From Alphaproteobacteria bacterium (GTDB lineage: Bacteria > Pseudomonadota > Alphaproteobacteria > SP197), in contig SHVY01000002.1 in NCBI GenBank assembly GCA_009694045.1, positions 39,491 through 103,490 on the forward strand: a stretch of DNA of 64,000 nt, given 5' to 3'. Both the position numbers and the translations under genes were made by a program. Shown here one piece after another: positions 53,656 to 63,582 of this stretch; positions within the stretch are counted from its first letter, which is position 1, and each line of letters begins with the position of its first letter. A model generated the notes under the pieces. It worked only from the letters and a program-made list of their open reading frames with translations, was not told the origin of the DNA and searched no databases.

Positions 53656-55683
53656 ATGCCGGACAGAAGAACGGTCGCGATAGTCGGACCTTCGCTCGGC
53701 GGCAAGACCAGCCTCTTGGAGAGCATCGCCTTCGTCTCCAAGGCGATCCAGCGCAAGGGCAGCGTCCGCGAGGGGACCTCGATCGGCGACTTCTCGCCCG
53801 AGGCTCGGGCGCGCCAGGGCAGCATCGAGGTCTCGGCCGCCCACGTCGCCGCCAACGGGGTCGATTACACCCTGCTCGATTGCCCGGGCTCGATCGACTT
53901 CGCGTCCGAGACCTACCACGCCCTGATGGGCGTTGATGCCGCCCTCGTGGTGGTCGAGCCGGTGGCCGAGCGGGCGATGACCCTGGCGCCCCTGTTCCAC
54001 GTCCTCAACCAGTTCCAGGTCCCCCACCTCATCTTCATCAACAAGATGGACCGCGCCTCGGCGCTGCTGCGCGACGTGATCCCGGCGATGCAGGCGGTCT
54101 CCGGACGGCCGTTGGTCATGCACCAGGTGCCGATCCGCAGCGGCGAGAGCGTGACCGGCTACGTCGATCTGGTGAGCGAGCAAGCCTATGCCTACCGCCC
54201 CGGCGCGCCGTCGGACCAGATCGCCCTGCCCGAGGAGGTCAAGGAGCGCGAGACCACGGCCCGCACCGAGATGCTCGAGCGCCTCGCGGATTTCGACGAC
54301 GCGATCATGGAGAAGCTGCTCGAGGACCAGGCGCCGAGCCCCGAGGAGATCGAGGCCAGCATGTGCAAGGACGTGGCCGACAACCAGCTGGTGCCGGTCT
54401 TCGTCGGCTCGGCCGAACGCGACCACGGCGTCCGCCGCCTGCTCGCCCACATGGCCCAACTGGTGCCGACGGCGGCCGCCACCGCCGCCCGGCGCAAGCT
54501 TGGGGGCAACGGCGCGGGGATCGCCCAGGCGCTCAAGACCTACATGACCGGCCAGGGCGGCAAACTCACACTGGTCCGCGTCTGGCGCGGCGCCATCGGC
54601 GACGGCGACATGGTGAACGGCCAGCGCGTCGGCGGCGTCTACCGCCTGATGGGGGCGCAGCAGCAGAAGATCGATCGGGCCGAGGCCGGCGACGTGGTGG
54701 CCTTGGGTCGCCTGGATTCCACGCGCACCGGCGAAACCCTCGCGGTCGGGGACAAGGCGCCCGATGCGCCGCTTCCCCGGCCCGAGCCCATGGCCCCGAC
54801 CTTCGCCATGGCGATCCACGCCCAGAAGCGGGACGACGACGTGAAGCTGTCCGGCGCGCTCGCCAAACTGCTGGACGAGGATCCGTCACTCGCGGTCGAC
54901 CACGATCACCAGACCAACCAGCTCATCCTGCGCGGCCAGGGCGACATCCACCTGCACATCGCCTTCGAACGGCTGAAGAACCGCTACAAGCTGCCGGTGG
55001 TCGCCGAGCGGCCGAAGGTCCCGTACAAGGAGGCAATCCGCAAACCGGTCATCCAGCACGGTCGCTTCAAGCGGCAGACCGGCGGCCACGGCATGTTCGG
55101 CGACGTCCATCTGGAGATCAAGCCGCTGCCGCGCGGCGCCGGCTTCGAGTACGGCGATCGCGTGGTCGGCGGCTCGGTGCCGCGCCAGTTCATTCCGGCG
55201 GTCGAGAACGGGGTGCGCGAGTACCTGGTGAAGGGACCGTTGGGGTTCCCCGTGGTTGACCTCTCGGTGACCCTGTTCGACGGCTCCTACCACAACGTCG
55301 ACAGCAACGAGATGTCGTTCAAGCTGGCCGCCAAGATGGCGATGACCGAAGGCATGCCGAAGTGCGGGCCGGTCCTTCTGGAGCCGATCTGGCATGTCGA
55401 CGTCTCGGCGCCCAACGCGGCGACCGCCAAGATCAACGCCCTGGTCAGCGGCCGCCGCGGCCACATCCTCGGCCTCGAGGCCAAGGACGGCTGGGAGGGT
55501 TGGGACGTGGTCTCGGCCCAGCTGCCGCAGACCGAGCTCCACGATCTGATCCTCGAGCTGCGTTCGCTCAGCCAAGGGGTCGGCACCTACACCAGCCGCT
55601 TCGATCATCTGGCCGAGCTCACGGGCCGTCTCGCCGACCAGATCGTCCAGGCCCACGCCGAAACCGACGCGAAGGCATCCTGA
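53656..55683 (+). CDS. Elongation factor G-like GTPase (EF-G paralog with divergent G domain)
   Basis: P-loop GPSLGGKTS; EF-G domains II-V (..VYRLMGAQQQKI.., ..HNVDSNEMSFKLAAKMA..). GGGGAGGA RBS before the ATG at 53656. Confidence 0.8.
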   Translation: MPDRRTVAIVGPSLGGKTSLLESIAFVSKAIQRKGSVREGTSIGDFSPEARARQGSIEVSAAHVAANGVDYTLLDCPGSIDFASETYHALMGVDAALVVVEPVAERAMTLAPLFHVLNQFQVPHLIFINKMDRASALLRDVIPAMQAVSGRPLVMHQVPIRSGESVTGYVDLVSEQAYAYRPGAPSDQIALPEEVKERETTARTEMLERLADFDDAIMEKLLEDQAPSPEEIEASMCKDVADNQLVPVFVGSAERDHGVRRLLAHMAQLVPTAAATAARRKLGGNGAGIAQALKTYMTGQGGKLTLVRVWRGAIGDGDMVNGQRVGGVYRLMGAQQQKIDRAEAGDVVALGRLDSTRTGETLAVGDKAPDAPLPRPEPMAPTFAMAIHAQKRDDDVKLSGALAKLLDEDPSLAVDHDHQTNQLILRGQGDIHLHIAFERLKNRYKLPVVAERPKVPYKEAIRKPVIQHGRFKRQTGGHGMFGDVHLEIKPLPRGAGFEYGDRVVGGSVPRQFIPAVENGVREYLVKGPLGFPVVDLSVTLFDGSYHNVDSNEMSFKLAAKMAMTEGMPKCGPVLLEPIWHVDVSAPNAATAKINALVSGRRGHILGLEAKDGWEGWDVVSAQLPQTELHDLILELRSLSQGVGTYTSRFDHLAELTGRLADQIVQAHAETDAKAS

Positions 55684-55684
55684 C

Positions 55685-55972
55685 ATGACCGAGCAGCCCG
55701 TCGTCCAGATCAACCTGCCGAAACCGCCGAAGGAGGGCGGCGGCGCCTCCCTCGTCTACATTCTCTACCTCTTGAGCTTCGTCCTCGGCGTCACCTTCCT
55801 GATCGGCGTGGTGCTCGCCTATCTCAACCGCGGCGAGGCGCCGGACTGGGTCAAGACCCACTACCAGTTCCAGATCCGCACCTTCTGGATCGGCTTGCTC
55901 TATGGCGCGATCGGCTTCGTCCTGGTGGCGATCGTCGTCGGCATCCCCATCCTGATCGCCACCGCCGTCTAG
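55685..55972 (+). CDS. Small two-TM membrane protein (DUF4870-like) ending at an in-frame TAG; probable interrupted gene, with its conserved-looking tail continuing to 56053
   Basis: The ATG is 1 nt after the EF-G-like stop. After the TAG at 55970 the same frame reads LIVRCIKGLKLVNRGEPVPNPTTWLF, ending at the TGA at 56051-56053. Confidence 0.55.
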   Translation: MTEQPVVQINLPKPPKEGGGASLVYILYLLSFVLGVTFLIGVVLAYLNRGEAPDWVKTHYQFQIRTFWIGLLYGAIGFVLVAIVVGIPILIATAV

Positions 55973-56138
55973 CTCATCGTCCGCTGCATCAAGGGCCTCA
56001 AGCTCGTGAACCGCGGCGAACCCGTCCCCAACCCGACGACCTGGCTGTTCTGAGACGCACATATGCGTTTCCCCCGTTGTCGGAGGGAACGTTTTTGTTT
56101 CTCCCCCGCTCCTCGTGGCAGGGGGGAGGGGGAGGGGG

Positions 56139-59100
56139 ATGCGCGCCACCGCGTCACGCCAGGAAATCGAGGTCTCCGCCTGGCTCAATGACCTCGCGCT
56201 TGACCAGTACGCCACCGCGTTCGCCGCGAACGACATCGACCGCGCGACGCTGGCGACCCTGACCGACGCCGACCTCAAGGAGCTTGGCGTCGCCTCCCTG
56301 GGCCATCGCAAGAAGCTGCTCCAGGCGATCGCGTTGCTCGGGCCGCACCCCTCGCCGTCCGCCGCCAGCTATACGCCCCGCCATCTGGCCGAGCGCATCC
56401 TGGCCGCCCGCGACACCCTCGTGGGCGAACGCAAGGAAGTGACGGTCCTGTTCGCCGACGTGCAGGGCTCCCTTTCCCTCATCGAGGGCCTGGACCCGGA
56501 GCAGTCGGCCGCGCGTCTCGCCCCGGTGATCGAGGCGATGATGGCGGCCGTCCACCGCTTCGAGGGCACCGTCAACAAGGTTCAGGGCGATGGGATCATG
56601 GCGCTGTTCGGCGCCCCCGTGGCCCACGAGGACCACGCGATTCGCGCCGGCTATGCCGCCCTCGCCATGCGCGACGCGATCGCCGCCCAGGCGGAGCGAA
56701 CCCGGCGCGAGCACGGCTACGAGGTGCGCGCCCGTGTCGGCCTGCACTCGGGCGAGGTGGTCGTGCGCGGCATCGGCACCGACCTGAGCGTGGATTACGA
56801 CGCCATCGGCCCGACCGTGCATTTGGCGAACCGCCTGGAACAGCTCGCCCTACCCGGCACCATCCGGATCAGCGCCGCGACCCAGCGCCTGGCCGCCGGG
56901 TTTCTCGCCGTGGCACCCCTGGGGCCGGTCCCGGTCAAGGGCCTGAGCGAGCCCATCGAGATCTTCGATCTCCAGGGCGCCACCGGTGCCCGCAACCGGC
57001 TCCAGGCCCTGGGCGAACGCGGGCTCTCTCCCTTCGTCGGTCGCGCGGGCGAGGTCGCGATGCTCGAACACGCCCTCGACCGCGCCAAGGGGGGCGAAGG
57101 CCGGGTCGTGGGCCTGGTCGGCGAGCCCGGGGTCGGCAAGTCGCGCCTGGCTTTCGAGTTCGCGCGCTCGCCGGGCACCGCCGGCTGCCTTGTTCTCGCC
57201 GGGAGCTCGGTGTCCTACGGTCGGGCAACGTCCTGGCTGCCCGTGATCGACCTGCTGCGCGCATACTTCCGGATCGACGCCGGCGACGACGACGACGAGC
57301 GCGCGGTCCGCGAGAAGGTGATGGGCAAGGTCCTGGCCATCGATCAGTCGCTCGCGCGGGCCGCGCGCATCGTGCTCAGGTTGCTGAAGGTCACGGCGGA
57401 CTTCCCCGAGTGGGACGCGCTGGAGCCGCCGCAGCGCCGCCGTATGACCTTGGATGCGATCCGCGCCCTGCTGCTCGCCGCAGCCGCGATCCAACCGCTC
57501 GTCCTGATCTTCGAGGATCTGCATTGGGCCGACGGCGAGACGTTGGCGCTGCTCGACGGCCTGATCGGGGGCATCGCCACCCATCGGGTGATGCTGTTGG
57601 CGACGCTCCGACCGGAATTCGCCCATGACTGGGGCGGACGCAGCACCTATGCACAGGCCGGCTCGACCCGCTGCCGCCCCTCGGCATCGCGGACTTGCTG
57701 ACCGCGCTCCTGGGCAATGACGCGAGCCTCGGCTCACTCAAGGCCCGGCTCGCCGCCATGGCCGGCGGCAACCCGCTCCACGTCGAGGAAGGCGTGCGCG
57801 CGTTGATCGAACAGGGTTCACTCGTGGGCACGCCTGCCGCCTACCGGTTCATCGGCGACATCGCGAACCTCGCGATGCCGGATGGCGTGCGCGCCATCAT
57901 CGCCGCGCGCATCGATCGCCTGACGCCGGAGCGGAAGCAGCTCCTTCAGGCCGCCTCGGTCGTCGGCAGCGACGTGCCAGTCGATCAACTCGCAGCCATC
58001 GCCGACCTCGATCCGGACACCCTGAAAACGGCGCTCGCGGCGTTGCAGGCGGCTGAGTTCCTCTACGAGACGCGACTGTTCCCAGATCGCCACTTCGCCT
58101 TCAAGCACGCCTTCACCCACGACGTCGCCTACGGCGGCCTTCTCCGAGCACGCCGCCGCGATCTTCACGCCCGGCTCGGCGCCGCGATCGAGGAGTCCCA
58201 AGGTGCCGGTGCCGAGGTTGAGGCCCTCGCCGGCCATTTCGAGCGCGGCGAAGTCTGGGACAAGGCCGCCCGCTACTGGCTCGCGGCAGCCGATCAGGCG
58301 AGGGGACGCTATGCGTATGCGCGCGCACTCGACGTCGGCAAGAAAGCCCTCGCCTGTGCGCAACACCCCACAAGCGACCCCGGTATCAAGCAGTCGATTC
58401 TAACGACCCTAGGCGATTTGGCGGGGTTGTATGGCGACTTCAATGACGCCAATGCTTGGTACGAGCAGGCTCTTCGCGTGCCCTGCTCGGAGGACGCTCG
58501 TCGGTCGATCGACAATCGGGTCCATCGACCATACTTCGCCGGGCCTGACGATGCGCGCGTCGCGTACCACACGCACGGATCGGGAGACGAGTGGGTGATC
58601 GTCTTCTGCCCAAGCCTCTATGAAGTTCGTATTTCCCAGCCGCTGCTCGAGTTGATGTGTCAAACGGTACAGGGTTGTCACGGTTCACCCGCGTGGCGAC
58701 GGACCCTCCGATCCGGCACCGGAGCCTTACACGTTGGCCGAGCAGGCCGCTGACTTCCGGCGGGTAATCGAGAAACTGGGATCTGGTTCCAAGACCGCGA
58801 TCGGGATCTCGCGCGGCGGCACTTTGGCTCTCATCTTGGCTCGAGATCATCCGGGCCTTCTGGATCGAATCGCGCTGGTCGGGACTCCCGTGGACGACTT
58901 GGTGAGCCCAGGATGCCTCTACCCGCGCCCCGACGCGCTATCCGAGAAAACCCTTCAAGCCGTCGAGGACGGAGATTTTCAAACCGCCGCGTCGATTGCC
59001 TCGCACAGTGTTTTCTCGGAGGACGGCTATTTCGATTTCGCCGAGAACTCCATTCGCATATGGCTGGCGCACGGGGAAGCCACGGCTCGCCGTTTGTTGA

Positions 59101-59369
59101 TAGGCTTCCATGGTCCGAACCCGGAATTGGACATCAAGCCATGGTTGGGAACGGTGCGAATACCCACGCTCGTGACACACGGCGTCAATGACCGGCGCGC
59201 CCCGTACGCGGTGTCGAAATACATAGCCAACCAGATTCCTGGGGCGTTGCACTTTGGCTTTCCCGGGCGCGGACACGAGCCGCTCTTCACGGCGCCGGCT
59301 GAATTCCTCGCCGTCCTTGACCAATTCATCAAGACCGGCACCGTGCCGTCCCCTACCCGATCAGGATGA
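56139..59369 (+). pseudogene. Large multi-domain signalling gene (SAM, class III adenylate/guanylate cyclase, AAA/STAND ATPase, TPR), running on without a stop into an alpha/beta-hydrolase domain; disrupted by two +1 frameshifts
   Basis: SAM region WLNDLALDQYATAFAANDID..LKELGVASLGHRKKL; cyclase region KEVTVLFADVQGS..FEGTVNKVQGDGIMALFGAP; AAA region GLVGEPGVGKSRL. Shift 1 at ~57651-57665: ..GGRSTYAQ / RLDPLPPLGIADLLTALLGNDASL..GGNPLHVEE. Shift 2 at ~58653-58661: ..SQPLLELM / KRYRVVTVHPRGDG...GISRGG nucleophile elbow. The ATG at 56139 follows a G-rich RBS. Confidence 0.55.
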
Positions 59370-60690
59370 ACACCCGGGTGTTGCCGCGGACCACGCTGAG
59401 GCTCATGCGGCTGGAGTTCTGGCGGGCAATGTCGAGCAGGGCTTCCGGCGTCGCCACCGGCTCGCGGTTGACGGCGACGATCACGTCGCCCGGCCGCAGG
59501 CCCGCCCGCGCCGCCGGGCTGCCCGGCACCACGTCGGACACCAGCACGCCGCCCTCGCCGTCCTCGTCCGGGGGCAGGGCCTGGAAGCTCGCGCCGGCCA
59601 GGAGCGGCACGGTCGCCGCCGTCGTGGCCGCGGACGCCGGCGCCGCCGCTTCGTGCTCGATCGTCGCCATCACCGTGCGCGGCACGCCGTCGCGCACCAC
59701 GTCGAGCGCCATGGAATCGCCCACCCGCAGCAGCCCGACCTTGTTCCGGAGGTCGAAGCTGCCGTCCACGGCCCGGCCGTTGGCGCCGATCACCAGATCG
59801 CCCGGCTGCAAACCCGCCTGGTCCGCCGGCGACCCCGGCTTGACCGCCACCACCAGGGCGCCCGCGGTCGAGGCGAGGCCCAACCCTTGCGCCAGGTCCG
59901 GCGTCAGATCCTGGGTGCGCACCCCAAGCTGGCCGCGATCGATCGAGCCGTGCAGGGCGATCTGTTCGGCGATCCCGCGCACCATGGTGACGGGGATGGC
60001 GAAGCCGATGCCGATCGAGCCGCCGCGGCCGAGGATCGCCGTGTTGATGCCGACCAGCTCGCCCGCCATGTTCACCAGCGCTCCGCCCGAGTTGCCGGGG
60101 TTGATCGAGGCGTCGGTCTGGATGAAGTCCTCGTAAACCTCGAGCCCGAGGCCCCGCCCCAGCGCGCTGACGATCCCGAGCGTCACGGTCTGGCCGATGC
60201 CGAACGGATTGCCGATCGCCAGCACGAAGTCGCCGACCTCCAGCGCGTCCGAATCGCCGATCGGAATCGCCGTCAAACCCTCGGCCGGGATGCGCAGGAC
60301 GGCGATGTCGGTTTCCGGATCGGTTCCGACCAGCTCGGCGGCGAAGCTGCGCTGGTCGCGGAGCGTGATACGGATCACGTCGGCGCCGTTGATGACGTGA
60401 TGGTTGGTGACGATCAGCCCTTGGTCCGCGTCGATGATGACGCCGGAGCCGGCGCTCGTCACCTCGCGGCTGCCGCCGTCGTCGGGCAGGCCGAAGAAGT
60501 TGCGGAAGAACGGGTCGGCGAACAGGGGATTGGCTGGATCGGCGATCGTCGCCTTGACCGCGACGTTGACCACGGCGGGGGTCACCTGCTTGATCATCGG
60601 CGCAAGGCTGGGCAGCGGCGCGGTCGCGGCCCCCGCCACGCCCGCCCATCCGACCACCGCCACCACGAGCCAAGCGCCCATTCGCCGCAT
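59353..60690 (-). CDS. degP: Periplasmic serine endoprotease DegP/HtrA (trypsin domain plus two PDZ domains)
   Basis: HHVINGAD..D..GNSGGAL catalytic triad context; two PDZ domains. Signal peptide from the ATG at 60690; alternatives at 60681 and 60705. Confidence 0.9.
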   Translation of the reverse strand: MRRMGAWLVVAVVGWAGVAGAATAPLPSLAPMIKQVTPAVVNVAVKATIADPANPLFADPFFRNFFGLPDDGGSREVTSAGSGVIIDADQGLIVTNHHVINGADVIRITLRDQRSFAAELVGTDPETDIAVLRIPAEGLTAIPIGDSDALEVGDFVLAIGNPFGIGQTVTLGIVSALGRGLGLEVYEDFIQTDASINPGNSGGALVNMAGELVGINTAILGRGGSIGIGFAIPVTMVRGIAEQIALHGSIDRGQLGVRTQDLTPDLAQGLGLASTAGALVVAVKPGSPADQAGLQPGDLVIGANGRAVDGSFDLRNKVGLLRVGDSMALDVVRDGVPRTVMATIEHEAAAPASAATTAATVPLLAGASFQALPPDEDGEGGVLVSDVVPGSPAARAGLRPGDVIVAVNREPVATPEALLDIARQNSSRMSLSVVRGNTRVFILIG

Positions 60691-60728
60691 CGCTTCGTCC
60701 TCCATCGCGGCCACTATATAGTGCGCCC

Positions 60729-62132
60729 GTGACGGTCGCGAACCCCCCCCTTCGCTCCGGCTGGCGCCGGTGGCTCGCCGCCTCCGCCGTGTACCGCGAG
60801 CGCGCCGTCCTCGTCGTCCTCGCCCTCGGGTTCGCGAGCGGCCTGCCGCTGGCCCTCAGCGGCGCAACCCTCGCCATCCGCCTGCGCGAGGCCGGGCTCG
60901 AGCTCGGCTCCATCGGCCTGTTCGCGGCCGTCGGCGCGCCCTACACCCTCAAGGTCCTGTGGGCACCGCTGGTCGATCACCTGCCGATCCCCGTGCTCAC
61001 GCGGGTCCTCGGGCGCCGGCGCGGCTGGTTGTTGGCAAGCCAGGTCGCCGTCGTGGGCGCGATCCTCGCCCTCGGCGGGGTCGATCCCGAAGGCGCGATC
61101 GGCCTGGTCGCGCTCCTCGCCTTCATCCTCGCCGCCCTGTCCGCGACCCAGGACATCGTGATCGACGCCTACCGGGTAGAAAGCCTGGAGGATCGCCAGC
61201 AAGGCGCCGGAGCCGCCATGGCGGTGTTCGGCTACCGGGTCGGCATGTTGGCCTCGGGTGCGCTCGCCCTGATCCTCGCCGAGCGTCTGCCCTGGGTGGC
61301 GGTCTACCTCGCGATGGCGGCCTTGATGGCGGTGGGCGTGTTCGCGACCCTCCTCGCGCGCGAGCCGGCCGGCGCCGCCGCCCGCGCAGCCGGCGTCCGA
61401 GATCGCGCCGAGGCCGCTCGCCTCGCCGGCCGCCTGGGACTCGCGAACGCCAGGGCGGCGGCGGCCTGGGCCTGGCTCTACCGCGCCGCGGTCCGCCCGT
61501 TCCTCGACTTCATGACCCGGTCGCGATGGCTCTGGGTCCTGCTGTTCGTGGTGCTGTACAAGTTCGGAGACGCTCTGGCCGGCTCCCTCGCCAGCGTGTT
61601 CTACCTCGATATCGGCTTCGCCAAGGACGAGATCGGCGCCGTCGCCAAGGTCTTTGGCTTCGGCGCGACCTTGGTTGGGCTGGCGCTCGGCGGTTGGCTG
61701 CTCAACGCCGTCGGTGCCGTCCGCGCGCTGCTGATCGCCGGCATCCTGCAGCTCCTCTCCAACCTGACCTTCGCCGTCCAGGCCGTGGCGGGCCCGGACC
61801 TGGGGTTCCTCGCCTTCACCATCGCGGCCGAGAACCTGGCCGGCGGGATGGGGACCGCGGCCTTCGTCGCCTACTTGAGCGGCCTGTGCAACGTCGCCTA
61901 CACCGCCACCCAGTACGCCCTGCTGTCGTCCCTCGCCGCGTTCGCGCGCACTCTTCTGGTCACCCCGGCGGGGTTCCTGGTTGAGCGCCTGGACTGGACC
62001 GGCGCGGCCGCCGCCGTTGGCCTAGGAGCCCTGCCCAATCTGCCCTGGATTGGCTTCTTCCTGCTCACCACCCTCGCCGCGGTCCCCGGGCTTCTGCTTC
62101 TCCTGGTCGTCGCGCGGCCGCGACGTGATTAG
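60729..62132 (+). CDS. ampG: Muropeptide permease AmpG (MFS)
   Basis: LGFASGLPLAL...GAPYTLKVLWAPLVD AmpG signature; ~14 TM. GTG start at 60729; TAG stop. Confidence 0.85.
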   Translation: MTVANPPLRSGWRRWLAASAVYRERAVLVVLALGFASGLPLALSGATLAIRLREAGLELGSIGLFAAVGAPYTLKVLWAPLVDHLPIPVLTRVLGRRRGWLLASQVAVVGAILALGGVDPEGAIGLVALLAFILAALSATQDIVIDAYRVESLEDRQQGAGAAMAVFGYRVGMLASGALALILAERLPWVAVYLAMAALMAVGVFATLLAREPAGAAARAAGVRDRAEAARLAGRLGLANARAAAAWAWLYRAAVRPFLDFMTRSRWLWVLLFVVLYKFGDALAGSLASVFYLDIGFAKDEIGAVAKVFGFGATLVGLALGGWLLNAVGAVRALLIAGILQLLSNLTFAVQAVAGPDLGFLAFTIAAENLAGGMGTAAFVAYLSGLCNVAYTATQYALLSSLAAFARTLLVTPAGFLVERLDWTGAAAAVGLGALPNLPWIGFFLLTTLAAVPGLLLLLVVARPRRD

Positions 62133-62204
62133 GTTCGCCCGGTTGGAAATCGGCGCAAGCGGTATCATGTTGACGGAGACGCCGCTTCCCGACGAAGGGG
62201 TTAC

Positions 62205-62598
62205 CTGACCGACCAACCATCGATCCCGGACGAGCCCCGCGCCGAGCGCAAGCTCGCGGCGATCCTGGCGGCCGACGTCGCCGGCTACAGCCGGTTGATG
62301 GGCCAGGACGAGGAAGGGACGCTGCACCGGCTCAACGCGCATCTCGAGGCGCTGGTCGAACCGCGCATCACCGAGCATCGGGGACGCATCGTCAAACGCA
62401 CCGGCGACGGCCTGCTGGTGGACTTCGCCAGCGCGGTCGAGGCGGTCCGCTGCGCCATCGCGGTCCAGGCGGGCATGGCGGCCCGCAATCGCGCGACCCC
62501 TTCGGAACAGCGCATCGAGTTCCGCATCGGCATCAACCTCGGCGATGTCATCATCGTCGGCGACGACATCCATGGCGACGGCGTCAACATCGCGGCCC
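62205..62598 (+). pseudogene. Class III adenylate/guanylate cyclase remnant: no in-frame start codon upstream of the first motif, and the catalytic domain is truncated after GDGVNIAA
   Basis: ERKLAAILAADVAGYSRLMGQDEE..RIVKRTGDGLLVDF..RIGINLGDVIIVGDDIHGDGVNIAA, followed by sequence that is antisense to the MBL gene. An upstream ATG at 62168 lies in a different frame (MLTETPLPDEGVT*). Confidence 0.5.
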
Positions 62599-62714
62599 CG
62601 CACCAGCCAGATGTTGCAGCGGTAGAACGGCTTGACGTGGGGCTCCCAGATCGCCGTGACGCCATTGGTCAGCGTCCGCCACTCGAACCAGTGTCCCGCG
62701 ATCGCAAGGCTCAC
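62589..62714 (-). pseudogene. MBL-fold metallo-hydrolase N-terminal remnant (~42 codons), its GTG start overlapping the pxpA stop (GTGA)
   Basis: SLAIAGHWFEWRTLTNGVTAIWEPHVKPFYRCNIWLVRGRD, followed by sequence antisense to the cyclase remnant. Confidence 0.4.
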
Positions 62715-63499
62715 CGCGCAAGCTCAGCCAATTCCAGCTCGGGCAAGGGCGCCACACGCCAGCCGCCGCCTTCCAGGGCCGTGCGCACCGCACCCGCCAC
62801 CGCGACCGCCGTCGGCTCGTCGCCGTGGACGCAGAACGAGTCGATCCGTGCCGGTATCCGCTTGCCGCCGACCGAGAACAACGCGCCCTCCCCCGCCATG
62901 CGCAAGACGTGGTCCACGGCCTTGGCGGGATCGCGGATCAGGGCGTAGTCCAGCTTGCGCGAGGTCAGGTTGCCATCCTCGTCGTAGGTGCGGTCGGCGA
63001 AGGCTTCTTCCGCCACCGCGAGACCCGCCGCGCGGCCCGCCTTCGCCATGGCCGAGCCCGCGACCGCGAGGAAGATCAGGCCGCGGTCCACGCCCCGGAT
63101 TCCTCGCGCGATGGCCGCCGCCAGGTCGTCCTCGACCGCGGCCAGGTTGGAGAGCGCCCCGTGCGGCTTCACATGGCTTACCCGCCCGCCAGCGAGCGCC
63201 GCCACCCCCATCAGCGCGCCGATCTGGTAGGCGACCATGGCCTCGACCTCGGCCCCGCTCATGCGCATGGGTCGCCGCCCGAAGCCCTGCAGGTCGGGGA
63301 ACGACGGATGGGCGCCCAGGCTCACGCCCGCGGCCACGGCACCCTTCACCGTCGCCGCCATCACGCTGGGATCGCCGGCGTGGAAGCCGCAGGCGACGTT
63401 GGCCGACGCGACGATGCGAAACAGCTCGACATCCGCGCCCATCCGCCAGGCGCCGAAACTCTCGCCCATGTCGGCGTTCAGGTTGATCGACCTCGCCAT
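62711..63499 (-). CDS. pxpA: 5-oxoprolinase subunit A (LamB/YcsF family)
   Basis: MARSINLNADMGESFG start and LamB_YcsF fold sequence. No pxpB/pxpC neighbours in the window. Confidence 0.85.
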   Translation of the reverse strand: MARSINLNADMGESFGAWRMGADVELFRIVASANVACGFHAGDPSVMAATVKGAVAAGVSLGAHPSFPDLQGFGRRPMRMSGAEVEAMVAYQIGALMGVAALAGGRVSHVKPHGALSNLAAVEDDLAAAIARGIRGVDRGLIFLAVAGSAMAKAGRAAGLAVAEEAFADRTYDEDGNLTSRKLDYALIRDPAKAVDHVLRMAGEGALFSVGGKRIPARIDSFCVHGDEPTAVAVAGAVRTALEGGGWRVAPLPELELAELAR

Positions 63500-63582
63500 T
63501 TCACCTCCGCGCGCGTAAGCACCCTGCTCTCAAAACACTAACACAAGCGCGGTCGTGTCGGACCGGAGCCAAATGTCGTCGC

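Noticed and set aside
56053-56138. The G-rich tract (GGGGGGAGGGGGAGGGGG) upstream of the cyclase-STAND gene as a G-quadruplex regulatory element or repeat
   Set aside because: It is most simply an extended purine-rich Shine-Dalgarno region, and there is no evidence for more.
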